This document shows, in pieces, positions 54,861 to 55,113 of a stretch of 55,113 nucleotides of DNA. Made by a program: the position numbers and the translations under genes. The DNA is taken from NCBI GenBank assembly GCA_963578565.1, contig CAUZCX010000002.1, forward strand, positions 1 to 55,113, read 5' to 3'. The first letter of the stretch is position 1; every line of letters starts with the position of its first letter. Source of the DNA: Anaerolineae bacterium. Lineage in GTDB: Bacteria; Chloroflexota; Anaerolineae; Anaerolineales; UBA11657. Under the pieces are notes generated by a model, which saw only the letters and a list, made by a program, of their open reading frames with translations, did no database searches and was not told the DNA's origin.

Positions 54861-55113
54861 GATTGATATACACTTATGATGAACCACTCGTTGTCTGCAC
54901 TTTCTTGCTGGGTATTATCTTTAGTTTCTTCTATCCTCAGATACTGGATTGCATTAGTCAATCCTTCTGCAAACTCATGAGTATCCGTTACTATTAGATT
55001 AGTAAGTCTCACTGTAATTTTATCTTTTGGCTTACCCATTATGTGCCCCATACTGTAAGGCAGGTAAAGCCAGTTGTAACCGTGGCTTCTCTTTCCATGT
55101 AACATATAATGTG
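54861..55113. other. Low-GC segment of probable foreign origin, running off the window edge; contains the 5' part of a - strand ORF (54755..55105, frame open to the edge)
   Basis: Abrupt change to AT-rich sequence starting at about 54861 (attgatatacacttatgatg...). The - strand ORF product (…HGYNWLYLPYSMGHIMGKPKDKITVRLTNLIVTD…) matches no family I recognise. Confidence 0.35.

Overview
This is a 55.1-kb chromosomal window, mid-to-high GC by eye, with many GTG/TTG starts and 1-4 nt gene overlaps. Gene content suggests a Chloroflexota-like bacterium, but that is inference only. I read four blocks. (1) 1-17.6 kb, + strand: a dcw cell-wall/division cluster, rsmH / ftsL-like / ftsI / murF / mraY / unknown 87-aa ORF / murD / ftsW / murG / cvpA-like / murC-murB fusion / ddl / ftsQ / ftsA / ftsZ, with no murE. 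(2) 17.9-33.8 kb: nrdR-nrdJ; a YceI-like lipoprotein divergent from an orphan three-gene antiporter-like (NuoL/M/N-type) membrane operon; two glycosyltransferases; a 393-aa coiled-coil protein; selB; a decayed S58/DmpA-type peptidase pseudogene; and an amidohydrolase. (3) 33.8-44.1 kb: the - strand rpmH / rnpA / yidD / PQQ beta-propeller lipoprotein / yidC / jag / parA / parB block, then MscS, ArsR, an M20 peptidase, and PP2C plus an OmpR-type regulator. (4) 44.1-53.4 kb, - strand: a ten-gene LysW-dependent alpha-aminoadipate (AAA) lysine operon. I read the region upstream of it as a lysine-codon leader-peptide attenuator (promoter, 33-codon Lys-rich ORF, alternative hairpins, intrinsic terminator). 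The right edge carries MarR and ABC-ATPase remnants and an abrupt GC drop. I saw no rRNA, tRNA, CRISPR array or recognisable IS element. All family assignments come from motif recognition by eye, not from searches. The candidates most worth follow-up are the lys leader/attenuator, the stand-alone antiporter-like trio, the beta-propeller lipoprotein inside the yidD-yidC operon, the small ORF inside the dcw cluster, and the coiled-coil protein upstream of selB.
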